A stretch of 64,000 bases of DNA from Hemiscyllium ocellatum (GCF_020745735.1 NC_083409.1:6499534-6563533); one strand, 5' to 3'; counted from the first letter of the stretch, positions 22,881 to 35,507 are shown. The notes: generated by a model not told the origin, from the letters alone. Translations and numbers: made by a program.

Positions 22881-25848
22881 GCCTGTTCCAAAATCTGCAC
22901 AATGTTTTGGTTTTTCTTTCTGATCACAGACATTTCAATATTTCTGAACAAACTAATGATGGAAATATGTCAGTCCCGGGATCATTTAACATCTTGGTCC
23001 TAGTTGTTAATGGGCACTCACGCGTGATAATACAGTTTTCAATGTTTCTCTCCCCTCACGTGTTATGAAGAGATTTGCAAACATGTTTTGATGAGGACAG
23101 TGCGTTTTCAACACCGTGTGACGGGGTGGGTGGGTGTATGAATTCTCATCCCACTATGTCCAGCTTTCAAGGAAAATTACCTCCACTGACACATATCTTT
23201 GGCCGCCATTGCAGCAAAAGCAAATCCCTCCCTTTGCCAGCACAAAGAGAAAGTGTCTGTCAGATTCCCTCGTGTGTGATGGTTTAGTCGAATAGGAATA
23301 CCACTGGTAGATCATGCTGTATCAGCCTGGACAGAAACCTGGGCAACCTCCAAATGAAAGCATGACCTTCAGTGGATCTGCTGCTACAGGAAATACAGAA
23401 TTGGAATCATTGATACAAATTACCTCATCAAAGCCAAATACAACTGAGAAAATATAAACCAAACCAATTTTCCAAGGTCATTCATCAGAACACAACAAGA
23501 AATTGGTTAACAGACAGTTACTGTCTCCTGTCTCTGGAGAGTGTCACTGTAACTGTCCCCTCTCTCTCAGGGGAGTGTCGTTGTTCCTCTCCCCTCCCTC
23601 TTTGGGGCCAAGCCATTTTGAGCATCCTTTCTGTCTGAGGATGTGACTGTTCCTGTCCCCCAACTCTTTTAGCATCAGGGAAGGGCTTGACAGCCACCCG
23701 GTTTGTTAATTCCATTTACTTTCTTGAGAAATGGGTAATCCCTGCTTCACTATACTGACCCGTGTGTCAATACCCGGCAGAGTTCACCCTCCATGTCAGT
23801 CAGATCACAGGGTCAAAGGTTGGTCAGGACTGTCTGGCCCCAGAACAATAACACTGACTGACTGGAGACAACCCAGATCAAGTCCCAATGAGAGTGTTAT
23901 TGACCTTCATACTCAAAGCCCACCGAGAAGGTGGTCATCAGTCTCAAATGTAGTCGCAGTGTAATGTCTCCCAGGGAAGTAGGAGTCAGTCTAGATTTTA
24001 AACAAGGAAGGGATGTTGTGAAGAGACAGATGGGAAGGCATGGAGAGGAAACAAAAAGGAGAGAGAATTGTATTTCTGTTACACCATCCATGAGCTCATG
24101 ATGTTTAATGCTGTTTACAGCCAATTGAATACTTCTGATGTGGAGACAATGTTGTAATGTGGGAAATGCATCAGACCATTTAATCTCAGCAGGCTCCCAC
24201 AATAACAGTGAGCTATTGACCAGGACATTGGGGCTAGGACGAGGAGCAGAGAATGGAAGAGGCTGGAAAATAAAATCCAAGCAGTCAGTGAGGCTTGAGT
24301 ATTGGGCTGAGTAGGAGGGAGATGACGAAGCAAAGGGGCTTCTTAAAATTCATTCATGAGATGTGGGCATCACTGGTTTTGCCGGCAGTTTATACCCATC
24401 TCTAGCTGCTCTGTGAAGGTGGTGGTGCACTGCCTTCTTGAACTGCTGCAGTCCATGTACTGTAGGAAGACCCACAATGCTCTTTGGGAGGGAATTCCAG
24501 AACTGTTTTCCCAGTGACAGTGAAGGAATAATGATGTATTTCCAAGTCAGGGTGGTGAGTGACCTGAAGGGGTAGTTTCAGGGTGTGGTGTCCCCGTATG
24601 ACTGTTGCCCCTATCCTTCGAGATGGAACAGCTGGTGGGTTTGGAAGGTGCTACCTTAAGGAAGCTTGGTGAGCTGGCGGTGATGGTACAGCTGGCTGAA
24701 AATGATCACCTCTCCACAGCCAGTGGTCATTCCATTTCCTTTTATATCAGTGAAAACTGTCAACAACCTCCTGGTCTGTAATAACAAAATAACAATTTCT
24801 ATTGATAAAACAGCTTTAATGTAGGAACCATCCAAAAGTTGGGAAGATACGGTGTTTTTGTTGATGACCAGAAGGAGACAAAGAGCTTGTAATAAGAATT
24901 GAGAGAGGTTTGGTTTGTGGAGGGAATTCCTGTGCTGAGGGCCTGGGAGACAGAAGGCACAGCTGCCAGTCATGAGAAGGAAGGCCAGGTTGGAGAGTTT
25001 GGGAGATGGGGGAGGGATTGAGGATAACGGAATGGCCCATTGTATCGCCTCCCCCACCAACTGCAGCAGGAGACTGGGTAGAGGAATCGGGAGGCTTGGC
25101 AAGGCACCACCCAGAGGCTGGAGGCTGCTACTGCATGTAGGGTCCAAACCAGTTCTGCTGTGTGAGAATGACACTGGAGCACACAAGACGATGGGAAATA
25201 GGAGAAGGAGGAGGACTCCAATGCCAGTCCATCCTTTCTTATATACAGAGACCAAAAGTGCACACTGTACTCCATGTGCAGGCTCTCAAACATCCTGTAC
25301 AGTTATAACAAGGTTTCGCTATTTTAACATTCCAACCCCCAGCAATAAAAGCCTCAATTCCATTCACATGCTCAATGACTCGATGCACCTGCACTAACTT
25401 TTTGTGTTTCATGCAGAAAAACACTCAGACCCCTCTGCACTGCACTTTGTGGAATCTCTCTCCATTTAAATAATAATCTGTATTTGATTATGCCTACTGA
25501 AGTGCATGACCTTTCACTCTCTGTCTTTAAACTCCATCTGCTGCGTAATAGTGTCACCTTTCTAGTTTGCTCCTCTCTGTGTGATTGTCCGTCTCTGTGT
25601 ATCTGCCTGTTCCATGTCCCATTCCCATTTGCTTACAGCCCAGAGACTTGTTTGTTCAACCCTTTCCTGCTGGTTCCGTTCAATATTGATCAGCTTCCTC
25701 GAGACAACGTAGCCCAGCATGTCATCCCCTCCTTCAATAGGGATTTTCCTTGCTGTCCTGTGATGGCACATTCGAGGCTCGGAGAGTTACTTCTTGACTC
25801 GCTCCCAGACACTGTGAGAGGGGGAGGGGGTGGGAACAGAGGAAGATC

Positions 25849-25998
25849 CAGGCTCCGTGACTGGGGAGTTAGGGGGAGACCCAGGGTCCAGACTCCGTGA
25901 CTGGGGAGTGAGGGGGAGAGACAGGGCTTAGGCTAGTGACTGGGGAATGAGGGGGAGACCCAGGACCAGGCTCCGTGACTGGGGAGTGAGGGGGAGAC
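25849..25998. repeat. G-rich ~39-40 bp tandem repeat, about 4 units
   Basis: Unit approximately caggctccgtgactggggagtgagggggagacccagg. Confidence 0.85.
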
Positions 25999-26521
25999 TG
26001 TTGGATAATGGTGGGCTGTGAGAGACAAGTGACACCCAGCATGTGTGCATCTTCCCTGATTTTTGAAATTAGTCCCAGGGCACGATTTAGGACTCATCTA
26101 AAAGACTGGCTATGTAACAGCAGGATTCCCCTCACTGCGTCCACCATACTGACAAAGTTCAATACCATTCCCAAATCTCTGGCACAGGCCTTGAACCTAC
26201 ATAATTCTGGGTGGAAGCAGAGAGCCTAGACTCATCATGCTGTGTACCCAAACAGAAAGGCCTCTGTGTGTGATCCGTTATACTGCATGGTGTGCGCACT
26301 GATTGGGTGCCCATGAGCTGTGCAATTGAACGCAGCTTCATTGCCAGAGCAAGATGTGCTACCACCCATCCCACCTGAGATTGGGAAAGAGTGTCCGAGT
26401 GTCCGATCATATTGTCCGGAAGCTTGGAGGTCAGCCAAGTGAATCTAACAGAATATGAATTCCCTGATTGGGACAGATAATCTGATCCAGTCAGGGAGAC
26501 ATGGCTGACAGAAATAAACAG

Positions 26522-26696
26522 AGTCAGAAGTCACATGACACCAGGTTATAATCGAACTGGTTTTTTTGAAATTATTCACTTGACTAAGGAGCAGCAATCT
26601 GAAATCTTCTGATTTCAAGTGCATCTGTTGGTCTATAACCTGGTGACGTGTGAATTCTGACTTTGTCCACCCCGTCCATCACTGACACTTTACATC
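26522..26696. mobile_element. Degenerate PLE-derived family 2 fold-back element
   Basis: Arms agtcagaagtcacatgacaccaggttata ... tataacctggtgacgtgtgaattctgact. Eroded core CAC-UUGACUA-A-GGAGC-AGC-AAUCU-GAAA. Confidence 0.55.
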
Positions 26697-27431
26697 AGAA
26701 AGAAACAGGAGTGTCAGACATCCCGTTTGCTCTGAGAGCTGCCTCGGAAGGAACTGGATCAGTGTCAAGGACCCTCCACATAACGGGATACTGGTCCCTG
26801 TGCAGTTGTTACAGTAACAGTGGGACCCACACTGACAGACACACACCTACAGACAGCATTGAATGGCAGTCACACCCACACTGACCACATACCGACAGAC
26901 AGTGTTGGCTAACAGACACACTTATATAGGGGCATGTATCCTGTGAGATCCTGACTGATCCTCTCTCTGAACTAAGACCTCACTCAGTGCAGTTTTGAGC
27001 TGTCGCTGTGAGGAACAGGGTCAGGTGAGAGAAGTGAATGTCACGACTGCAGTGTCCAGCATTTGTGACTGGCCTAAGTTCGGTTCAGGTGTTACCCAGC
27101 AGCAGCAGAGATGGCACAGTGTGATCCCACGAGCTGCGTCTGGACAAACAGAGTGAAGAGGAAATGCCTCAGATTGTAATGATTCAGCCCCAGCAGCTTT
27201 CAGATTCTGTTCTGTTTGGAATCTTGTAAACTCAATAGATTCCCCAACAAAGAGATCACTTGGAAATGATTGATGATTGGCTGTCAGTCCAAATTTCAGC
27301 CAATGTGTCATTCATTGACAGGCCAAGCAGCCAATCATGACAAGCATTTTGCTGATATTCTGCCAATCACCTTCGGGGGTGGAGGAACATTTCAAAAGCA
27401 CTCACAAGACAGAGACTGAATCTTTTTCATC

Positions 27432-27437
27432 TTTATT
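27432..27437 (-). terminator. Probable polyadenylation signal of the kappa C transcript
   Basis: First AATAAA on the minus strand after the C stop codon (about 530 nt downstream), followed by a GU/U-rich tract. Confidence 0.6.
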
Positions 27438-27963
27438 CCCTTTTCCCAGGTTGACACCAGCAGAAAAAAAACAGTAATTAACAGCCCAAACAGAGGAAGT
27501 TGTACACGTTCACAATCACAGTGTAGTTTGAGGAAAATGCTTGTGGAGCTTTTCTCAATGACATGAGAATCTTGTCCCTTTAAACAGAGAAAAAACCTTA
27601 AATTGGAACTGGCGGCTGAGCAGGAAGGAGATCTGGTTTACTGAAGCAGAGACTTCTGAGGTTTACAATGTTTTGTACAGCTGACAGTTTTCAGCAACTT
27701 CAAGTGATTTTACTTGGCATCACAAGTAACCCCTGTCCCCATCAAACACTCACTGGACAAGGACAACGAGGGTTAGATACAGAGTAAAGCGCGTTCTCCA
27801 TTGTACCAATGAACTGCCGTGAGCCCTGAATCTCAGAAATGTCTCTGAGCCAGTCCTGAGAAGGAAAAGAGTTGAAATTCAGTGCTAACAATGACCTTTG
27901 TCCTGCCAGCTCAGCCCTGTTCTATTTAAAGTTGTGTCTCCACTGTGGACTGTCTTGAACACT

Positions 27964-28292
27964 CTACACACATTCTGATCTCGTGATGCTCTTGCTGAGA
28001 GGGGAGGGGAGGGTCATATGGGTGAGGACACAGGAAAAGCGAGAGTCGGACTCCCAGTCAGCCTCAGAGAGGGTCAGCAGGCTGCTGACACTGTAGGTGC
28101 CATCTGAAGCTCGCAGGTATTTGCTGGTCTGAACCCCGTCTGAAATGACTGCACCGCCCTTCTTCCACTGCACCTCCAGCTCATCGGGATAGAAGTGATT
28201 GGCAAGGCACACCAGGGTGGCAGTGCCCTTGACATTGACCTGCTCCGGGGAGGGGGGCAGCAGAGTCAGCTGGGGTTGTGAATTCTCACGGT
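27964..28292 (-). CDS. IGKC: Ig kappa-type constant exon (cluster B), intact
   Basis: Polypyrimidine-AG acceptor, phase 1. Translates (N)RENSQPQLTLLPPSPEQ...ATLVCLANHFYP...VQW...YSVSSLLTLS...FSCVLTH...RSECV*, with both C1-set cysteines and the terminal inter-chain Cys. Confidence 0.96.
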
Positions 28293-28579
28293 CTGAAAGA
28301 CAAGAGAAGCAATTTTAATCCCTGCCATTCGGCAGGATTTTAACTCTCCAAACATTAACTAGCAGAACTATCAGTTTGAACATTTTTATCCAATACAGAA
28401 CAAACCTAACAAAAGAATGGACGTTTATTAAAATTCCTTTTGCTGGTGCATTTTGAAGTCTCCCATCCAGTGTACATTCTGTGTTCAACGTGGCCGAGAG
28501 ACAGATTCATCAGCCGAAGGAGAACAGTACATGGTAATCAGCGGGAGAATTCATAGAATCATACAGAATAGAAGAGGTC

Positions 28580-29790
28580 ATTCGCCCCATCACGTCTATG
28601 CCACCAACCCAAAACTAAATCAACACTACACCCACATTCCAGAAGTGGGCCCATAACCCTGAATGTTCGGTCATTTCAGGTGCTCATCCAAGTACTTTGT
28701 GGAAGTTGTGAGATTTCCCACCTCAACTCTCCTCCCAGACATTCCTGACCCCCATCCTCTGGGTGTAAAAGTTTTTCCTCAAATCCCCTCTAAAGCTACT
28801 GCCTTTCACACTGAATGTGAGCCAACTTTTTCTTGACCCTCCCTGTCAAGGGTACAGCTATTTTCGATCACCCTGTCCATTCCCCCCATAACCTTGTCCC
28901 TTTCCATTAGGATCCCCCTCACTCCCCAAACCTTCTCAGCTCCGAAGTAAACAACAGGGGCTTATTCATCCTCTTCACATCTGAAATGTTCCATCCCTGG
29001 GAACATTCTGGTGAATCTCCTCTGCATCCCCTCCTGTGAAATCACATCCCTCATACAGTGATTTTACTACCACTGTACACAGCGCTCCAGCTATGGCCTA
29101 ACTACTGTTCTGTATTGCTCTAACATATCCTCCATGCTCTTTTAATCTCCACCTAAAATGATTAAGGCAAGTACCCCCGACTGCCTTCATAACTGCCCTG
29201 TTAGCATTTTACATCTTCAAAAGTGCATCACCACACATTTATCAGGTTTAAACTCCATCTGATTCTGATCTGCCCATCTGACCAATCCGGTTATATCCTG
29301 CTGTAACCGAAAATCTTCTTCTTCACTGTTAACCATCCGACCAACCTTCACATCATCCACAATCACATTCACATCAGTTGTACTCCACCTCCATATTCCC
29401 TTCAGCATTGTTTCTGTATATCAGGAGCAATAAGGGACCCAACACTGATCCCTGTGATATCCGACTGCATCCTTGACCCTGTCACACAAACAGTCATCTA
29501 GCATCACATTCTGCCACCTGTCACAAAGCCAAGTTTGGATCCAACTTGCCAAGTTACCCTGGATGCCATAGCCTTGTACCTTCTTTATCAGTCTCCAAGT
29601 ACGAACTTATCAAAGGCCTTACTGAAATTCATATAAACCATAGCAAATGCACCTCACTCATCTACACACCCGGTCACCTTCTCGACAAAACTCCAAAAGA
29701 TTTGTTGGGCATGGACTCCCTTTGACAAAGCCGCGCTGACTACCCCAAAATGGAGATTAATTCGACCTTCAGAAATTTCTCCAATTGTAT
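28580..29790 (-). mobile_element. Decayed CR1 LINE in the J-C intron
   Basis: RT remnants (…DDVKVGRMVNSEEE…, MEFKPDKCVVMHF). Confidence 0.75.
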
Positions 29791-30799
29791 CCCTACCGCT
29801 GATGAGCCACCCACTGGTTTCCTTGTCCATGTCTGGCCTGATGCCATGTGACGTCATCAGGCCTGGAGTCAATGTTGAGGATTTCCAGGGTCACTCCCTC
29901 CTGGCTCTATATCACTGTGCCATCACCTCTGCTGGGTCTTTCCTGTGGGTGGGACAGGACCTATACAGGGATGGCGATGGTGGTGCCTGGGACACTGTTC
30001 GGTATAATTATGTGAGTATGACTGTATCAGGCTGTTGCTTGTCAGTGTAGTCTGTGAGACAGCTCTCCTGAATTTGATCTAGCCCGCAGATGTTAGTAAG
30101 GAGGATGTAACAGGGTAGACAGGGCAATATTTGATGTTGTTTCTGGTGCCAAGGTCGATGCCATGTTGTCCATCAAATTTCATTCTGTTTCTGAGACTTC
30201 CCAGCGATTGTTAGAATGGAGGGGCTTGCTCGGCCATTACAGAGGGTGGTTAACAGTTAACCTCATTGCTGTGGGTCTGGAGTCACGTGTAGGCCAGACA
30301 AGGTTACGACGGCAAATTTCCTTCCCGAAAGGACATCGGTCCTTCGTCTCAATATCTCTTTAAAGAACCCCCGATCACTCACAGATCAGAACTACTTTAT
30401 CAGAGAACATTAGAGCAGGCTTGAATCAACGCACTTCAGGAAGGAATCACGTTGGGTGCCTGTGTAGAAAGTTTTAGATTTCATTTCAAAACTTGCTGCC
30501 CAGCACTGGGCTGAGGAAAAGGATGAGACTGCAATGAGTCTCATTGTCCCAGGGTCAGACAAGTTCATTACTCCTCATGACCTCCTGACCCCTTGAAGCT
30601 GAGAGCACATGGAGAATTGGCAGTGTCAGGACACAAAGATTCCAACCTCAAAGAAAGACTTGGATTTGTGAAGTATCTATCCTCAACTCAGAATAACTCG
30701 TGCCCCTCACTTGTGCTTGTACACAGCAAGATCCCAGATAGCAAATTGACATGAGCAGAGAATCAGTACACTAGGGGGAGCTGCCATGTTATTTTCTAA

Positions 30800-31578
30800 T
30801 CGTGCCCCCTGAGAGGGCAGACATCAGATTGTTCCATCTGAAAGGTGGTCCGTCCGACATCGCGCACTCCCTCAGCACCGACCCTCCGACATGGTGCACT
30901 CCCTGAGTACTGACCCTCTGGTAGTGCAGAATTCCATCAATACTGACCTACTGATAAGTGCAGCATTCCCTCAATACTGACGTTCTGGTAGTGCAGCACT
31001 CCATCAGTACTGACCCTCTGACAGTGCGGCACTCCCTCAGTACTGATCCTCTAACAGTGCCGCACTCTCTCACTACTGATGCTCTGATAGTGCAGCACTC
31101 CATCAGTACTGACCTACTGATAGTACAGCATTCTCTCAATACTGACGTCTGACAGTGCAACACTCCCTCAGTACTGATCCTTTGACACTCCGGCACTCCC
31201 GCAGTACCTACCCTCTGAGAGTGCGGCACTCTCTCAGTATTGTACCTCTGATAGTGCAGCACTCCTTCAGTACTGACCCTCTGATAATGCAGCATTCCCT
31301 CAATACTGACGTCTGACAGTGCAACACTCCATCATTCCTGATCCTCTGACAGTATGGCGCTCCCTCAGTACTGACCGCCTGACAGTGCAGGACTCCCTCA
31401 GTACTGACTCTCTGACAGTTTGGTATTCCCTCAGCACTTACCCCCGACAGTGCAGCACTCCCTCAGTAGTGCACTGCACTCTCACCCTGGATGATATGTT
31501 CATGTCCCTGGAGTGGGACATGAAGCCACAACATTGTGAATCTGAGAGGAGAGTGCTCCACACTATGCCTTGCTGACA
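30800..31578 (-). mobile_element. tRNA-derived Deu-domain SINE (SacSINE1/AmnSINE-like) with internal 33-bp tandem expansion
   Basis: tRNA-like head at ~31505-31578. The Deu core gtactgagggagtgctgcactgtc is reiterated about 19 times between 30860 and 31470. Confidence 0.65.
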
Positions 31579-31839
31579 GCTCCCCGTCCAATAGTCTGCC
31601 ATGCTATCCCTTCCATGCTCGAGACCACCTGGGGAGGCTGGAGCTGTTCCCCAGCCCGATATAGTGCCTTCAGGAGAGCAGTTCATGGAGGTGGGGCATG
31701 CATTTCATCCACAGACAAGAAAGACCTGCATTTCTATTGAACATTCCACACCTCAGGCTTTCCCAAAGACATTTACAGTGGATTGCAAACCCTGCTGCAG
31801 CAATTTGTTATGAAAACTTTGCAAGCGATAACCAGGGAG

Positions 31840-34390
31840 TGGAGAAAATATGCAGTCTGTTCCATGTCGGAATTTCTGGATGAGTCCTGGCTCGTGGTAT
31901 ACCATGAAAGCAGGATTTGCGCTTAGTGACAGCAGTTGGAGCTCTGGGTTTGGGAGCTTGAGCAGCAGCTGGTGTCAGTGCGGAGCGTCCATGAGAGTAC
32001 TAAAGTGTAAATCAGGGTGACTGTGCATGTATGGGACTGCAAGGAGTGTGGGGAATAAGATTGGGGAGTTACAGACACTGGTTGCCAAGTGGAAATCAAC
32101 TGTGGTTTCAACAGAAACTGGGCATAAAGTAAGACAGGAGGGGGTGTTAAATATTCCAAGATACAAAGTGTTCACGAAAGTCAAGAGATTCGTTCAGGAG
32201 ATCAGAGCAGAGCTGGTGGGAGACGACGTCTCAGAGGGGTCAAGGATATAATACATTTGTCTCAAGATAAGAAACATGAAAGGTGCAATCTGATTGTTCA
32301 GTGCAGTCTAGAGGTCACCAACTAGTGGGAAGGATGGAGAGGGCCAAATTTGCAGGGAACTTAGAGAGAGATGCAACATGATAGGGTTGCCTTAATTGGG
32401 GGGGACATTAAATATCTGAATATAGACTGGGATAGTAGCAGTGTTAAGGGCAGAGAGGGGCCAGCATTGTGACTCTGTATTCAGGTGAATTTTGTCCAGT
32501 CAGGAGTTTCCCGTCCAATGAAAAAGGAGGCTCTGCTATACCTAGATCTTGGGAAAGGGGAGGTCCAAGTAGATCAGGCGTCAGTGAGAGGACATTTAGG
32601 GAAAAGTGATCATTGTATCACAAGGTTTAAGGAGGCAGTGGAAAAGAACAAAGTAGGATCCAGAGAAACGTCATTATCATGGATCGCATCCCATGGGTCA
32701 CCTCCAAATGTTTCACACTTAGGAATTTTCAAATTTTTATGTAAAACAGGAGATGAGTGTGTTACAGAACAAATATTTTGCCTCAGTATTAACTGTTGAG
32801 AAAGACGGAGGCAAAAGAAATTCAGGAAATAAACAGTGATGTCTTGAAAAGAGTCCATATTACAGAAGAAAAGGAGTTGTCGTCAGTTCTTAAAGCTCAA
32901 GAATGTAGATATATCCCCAAGACATAATTTAGTCTATAACAGAATGCCCATGAAGTCACAAGGTGTGCAGGGTGTTCTAGCTCGGTGGATACTGCATCGG
33001 TTGAGTAACAGGAGACAGAGAGTAGTAGTTGAAGGGAGTTTCTTGAAATGGAGAAAGTTGACCAGTGGTTTTCCACAGGAATCAGTGCTAGGGCCATTGT
33101 TGTTTGTGATATATATCAATGGTCTGAAAGAGGGCATTGGTGGTCGGATCAGTAAGTTTGCAGATGACATGAAGAGTAGCAGCGAGTATAGGGGACTGTC
33201 AAAGAATACAGGAGAACACAGATAGACTGGAGAGCTGGGTACAGAAGTGGCAGATGGAGTTCAATCTAGGCCAATGTGAGGTGATGCATTTTTGGAGGTC
33301 TAATTCTAGAGCGAACTATACTGTAAACGGAAGAGCCTTGGGAAACGTTGATGAGCAGAGAGATCTGGGAGTTCAGGTCCATTGAAAGTTGCTGCACAGG
33401 TGGGCAGCGTGGTCAACAAGGCATATGGTCTACTTGACTTCATCGGACGGGATATTGAGTATAAGATCTGGCAGGTCATATTGTACAAGACTTTGGTTCG
33501 GCCGCATTTAGAATATTGTGTACAGTTCTGGTCGCCACATAGTGGGCGGCACGGTGGCATTGTGGGCGGCACGGTGGCACAGTGGTTAGCACTGCTGCCT
33601 CACAGCGCCTGAGACCCGGGTTCAATTCCCGACTCAGGCGACAGACTGTGTGGAGTTTGCACGTTCTCCCCGTGTCAGCGTGGGTTTCCTCCGGGTGCTC
33701 CGGTTTCCTCCCACAGTCCAAAGATGTGCGGGTCAGGTGAATTGGCCATGCTAAATTGCCCGTAGTGTTAGGTAAGGGGTAAATGTAGGGGTGTGGGTGG
33801 GTTGCGCTTCGGCGGGTCGGTGTGGACTTGTTGGGGCGAAGGGCCTGTTTCCACACTGTAAGTCTAATCTAATCTAATTACCAAAAGGATGTGGACACTT
33901 TGGAGAGGGTACAGAGAAGGTTTACAAGGATGTTACCTGGTATGGAAGGTGCTGGCTATGAAGAGAGGTTGTGTAGGATAGAATTTTCTTTTCATTAGAG
34001 AAAAAGAGATTGAGGGGGGACTTGATTGATGTCTACAAAATCATGGAAGGTATAGTCAGGGTAGAAAGAGAGAAGCTTTTTCCCAGGGTGAGGGATTCAA
34101 TAACGAGAGGTCACATGTTCAAGGTGAGAGGAGAAATGTTTAAGGGGATACACGTGGAAAGTACTTTACACAGAGGGTGATGGGTGCCTGGAACGTGTTG
34201 CCAGCAGATGTAATGGAGGAAGGCATGGTAGATTGGTTTAAGGTTTGTCTGGACAGATGCATGAGTATCTGGAGAGCAGAGGGATATAAATTCTTACGAA
34301 TTAGGCAATAGGTTGACACAATGGATTTGGATCGGCACAGGCTTGGAGGGACGAACTGTCTGTTCCTGGGCTGTAAATTGTCTTTGTTTT
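31840..34390 (+). mobile_element. Decayed CR1 LINE interrupted by a SINE
   Basis: RT motifs (GFPQESVLGPLLFVIYIN, KFADD). The sequence ccacat|taccaaaagg is split by the SINE. Confidence 0.82.
33542..33878 (+). mobile_element. Near-intact HE1-like V-SINE with duplicated 5' 18-mer
   Basis: tRNA A/B boxes (tggcacagtggttagc; ggttcaattcc), V-domain gtgtggagtttgcacgttctccccgtgtc, CR1-like tail ending in (taatc)n. Confidence 0.88.
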
Positions 34391-35302
34391 TTGTTCTTTA
34401 AACAAAGTTCAGGAAGTGACAGTGAGGCCCCTTGCAGAAGTATTTGTGTCATTCACATGCACGGGTGAGGTGCTTAAAGACTGGATGGTTTTGTGCCATT
34501 ATTCAAGTAAGGCTGCAAGGAAAACCCAGGGAATGACAGACCAGTGAGTCTGACATGAAGGTGGGTTTTTGAAGGAGATTCTGAGAGACAGGATCTGAAT
34601 GCATTTGGAAAGGTGAGGATTGATTAGAGGTAGTCATCATGGCTTTGTGTGTGAAAAAGCATGTCTCACAAATGTGATTGAAGAGGTAACCAAAATGACA
34701 GTTGAAGGCTGAGTGGTAGAAATTTGTCTGCATGGACTTTATCAAGGGTTTCAAAAAGGTCCTGCATGGTAGGCTGGAATAATAAGGTTAGATCCCATGG
34801 AATACAGGGAAATCTAGTCAATTGGAAACAAAGTTGGCTTGGTAGTAGGCGACAGAGGGTGATGGTAGAAGGTTCCTGTTCAGACGAGAAGGCTGTGCCC
34901 ATCTTTGTTCCACACTGTATCCACTCTTATCCATCATTTCTACAAACAGTTGGGGTGAGAATTGAGGAGGTATGGTTAGTAACTTTGCAGGTGACAACAA
35001 ATTTGGTGACATAGTGGACAGTGACAAAGGCTGTCTGAGAGTACAATGAGATATTGATCACCTGGGCCACTGGGCCGAGGAATGGCAGAGGCAGATTAAT
35101 TCAGATAAACGTGTGGAATTGCATTTTGGCAAGACAAACTGGGGCAGCACTTATACAGTTAATGATAGGACCCTGGGAGTGTTGTCGAAAAGAGAGTCTC
35201 AGGAGTGCAGGTGCATAATTCCTTGAAAGTGGTATCACAGATTGACAGGGTGAATCATAGACTATCAAAAGTTTGTGAGTTTTGAGGAGATCTGTAGCTC
35301 AT

Positions 35303-35501
35303 GTTGTGGTTCTGGATGTTGATTTGCTCACTGAGCTGGAAGGTTAGTTTTTCTGATTTTTCATTACCATACAAGGTAACATCATCAGTGCTCCTCAGGA
35401 TAAAGCTTCATTCGGAGGCTCACTGACTATGTTACCTAGTATGGTGACGAAATGTCTGAAAATGAACCTTCCAGCTCAGCGAGCGAACCTACATCCACAA
35501 C
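35303..35501. mobile_element. PLE-derived fold-back element, family 3, with two divergent hammerhead-like motifs
   Basis: Plus strand: UCA-CUGACUA-U-GUUACC[UAGUAU]GGUGAC-GAAA-UGU-C^UGA (35420-35459). Minus strand: CUGAUGA-U-GUUACC[UUGUAU]GGUAAU-GAAA-AAU-C (35355-35388). Confidence 0.65.
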
Positions 35502-35507
35502 TACCGA

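Noticed and set aside
24656-25255. 199-aa minus-strand ORF with a signal-peptide-like start
   Set aside because: It begins in a CR1 fragment and ends in another LINE remnant, and has no recognisable domain; likely a chance ORF.
30860-31470. CRISPR-like or Ig switch-region-like array
   Set aside because: Units are contiguous and degenerate with no unique spacers, the host is eukaryotic, and the unit derives from a SINE. Light-chain loci do not class-switch.
33562-33640. tRNA gene (also 31505-31578 and 48385-48452)
   Set aside because: These are tRNA-derived SINE heads continuing into V or Deu domains, with no complete cloverleaf.
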